From: Candidatus Thorarchaeota archaeon
Lineage (GTDB): Archaea > Asgardarchaeota > Thorarchaeia > Thorarchaeales > Thorarchaeaceae
Direction of reading: 5' to 3'
Length of the DNA: 16,481 bases
NCBI GenBank assembly: GCA_048884965.1
Contig: JBHLQH010000055.1
Location: 1 to 16,481, forward strand
The notes under the pieces are model-generated. The model had not been told where the DNA came from. It did no database searches and saw only the letters and a list, made by a program, of their open reading frames with translations. This document shows, piece after piece, positions 15,684 to 16,481 of the stretch. Position 1 is the stretch's first letter, and every line of letters starts with the position of its first letter. A program made the translations under genes and the position numbers.

Positions 15684-16481
15684 TCAATTAATTAAATCCT
15701 TCACATGAAATATACCCATGATGTTTGTACGTCCTTTGATATGGCGAGTCCCGGATGTGAAAACCACATCTTTGTCCTCATGAAGAAATCCCTTTTTGTA
15801 GACCGCCCTAACCGATTCCTTGACAAGATCGTCTACATTATCAACGTTCTCAGTATAGTAGACTGAATGTACTCCCCATAATAATCGAAGTCTTCTCATA
15901 AGAGTTGCATCACTTGTCACTGCATAGATGTCCGCTGGTGGTCTGAACTTGGAAATCCATCGTGCTGTGAATCCACTTCGTGTTGCTGTGATAATGCCAT
16001 TTACATTATCCGGAAGAAGCGCCACCGCATTATAGACAAGGTTCCCGATAACCTCCACAATCAGTTTCTTTGGAGATGTAAGGTCAATCGGATTTACTGG
16101 TGTAATACGCTTCTCAGCTTTTCTGGCGATCCGCTCCATCATCCGAACCGCCTCTACTGGGTCGTGCCCCATCGCAGTTTCTCCGCTCAGCATGACCGCA
16201 TCTGCTCTGTCAAAGACTGCATGAGCGACATCACTTACTTCTGCCCGTGTAGGTATCCGTTCAGTAGTCATGGATTCCAGCATATGGGTCGCGACAATTG
16301 CAGGTCGTGCCCAAACATTCGCCTTCCGAATCAAATCTCTTTGGAGGACCGGAACATCCTCAATTGGGACTTCAATTCCTAAGTCTCCCCTTGCTACCAT
16401 AACACCATGAGACTCCTCCAGAATCGCATCATAGTTCTGTATCGCCAGGAGATGCTCTATCTTGACTATCACATCGACATT
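15684..16481 (-). CDS. pyk: Pyruvate kinase, C-terminal part (5'-truncated by window edge)
   Basis: VKIE, GVMVARGDLGIEVP, ATHMLESM, PTRAEVSDVA, DAVMLSGETAMG, TRSGFTARWISKFRP and LLWGV. The frame is open to base 16481. Confidence 0.97.
   Translation of the reverse strand, partial: NVDVIVKIEHLLAIQNYDAILEESHGVMVARGDLGIEVPIEDVPVLQRDLIRKANVWARPAIVATHMLESMTTERIPTRAEVSDVAHAVFDRADAVMLSGETAMGHDPVEAVRMMERIARKAEKRITPVNPIDLTSPKKLIVEVIGNLVYNAVALLPDNVNGIITATRSGFTARWISKFRPPADIYAVTSDATLMRRLRLLWGVHSVYYTENVDNVDDLVKESVRAVYKKGFLHEDKDVVFTSGTRHIKGRTNIMGIFHVKDLIN

Noticed and set aside
293-16382. Numerous short ORFs from the six-frame track (e.g. 8104-8604 +, 5872-6198 +, 7446-7757 +, 13057-13350 +, 10705-11279 -, 14815-15063 -)
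   Set aside because: They lie antisense to, or out of frame within, well-supported long genes and show no recognisable motifs. They are shadow ORFs.
1-16481. CRISPR arrays, tRNA/rRNA genes, transposases/integrases, frameshifted pseudogenes
   Set aside because: None seen. The window is almost entirely filled by intact ORFs, and the gaps are at most about 140 nt with no periodic repeats or cloverleaf signatures.

Overview
This window holds a tightly packed glycan-biosynthesis locus on the minus strand, downstream of a pyruvate kinase gene (pyk, cut by the right edge). In transcription order it encodes: an ArnT/PMT-like GT-C membrane glycosyltransferase; a class I SAM methyltransferase; a 1302-aa polytopic GT-C-like protein with a sequon-rich C-terminal domain; a GT4 glycosyltransferase with a non-canonical N-X7-E motif; MurA; a 2x[4Fe-4S]/FrhB-family flavoprotein; a Wzx/MOP flippase; a DUF362 protein; a Gfo/Idh/MocA dehydrogenase; and a second GT4. 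A third GT4 converges from the plus strand and is cut by the left edge. GAGGTGA-type ribosome-binding sites, many GTG/TTG starts, the gene content and N-glycosylation sequon enrichment suggest an archaeal host (inference, not proven). The main point of interest is an intact-looking murA with no murB, Mur ligase, mraY or murG in the window. It is translationally coupled to an FrhB-like reductase and an atypical GT4. This suggests a peptidoglycan-independent route that makes a 3-O-enolpyruvyl or 3-O-lactyl (muramic-acid-like) sugar and places it in a flipped, lipid-linked surface glycan.
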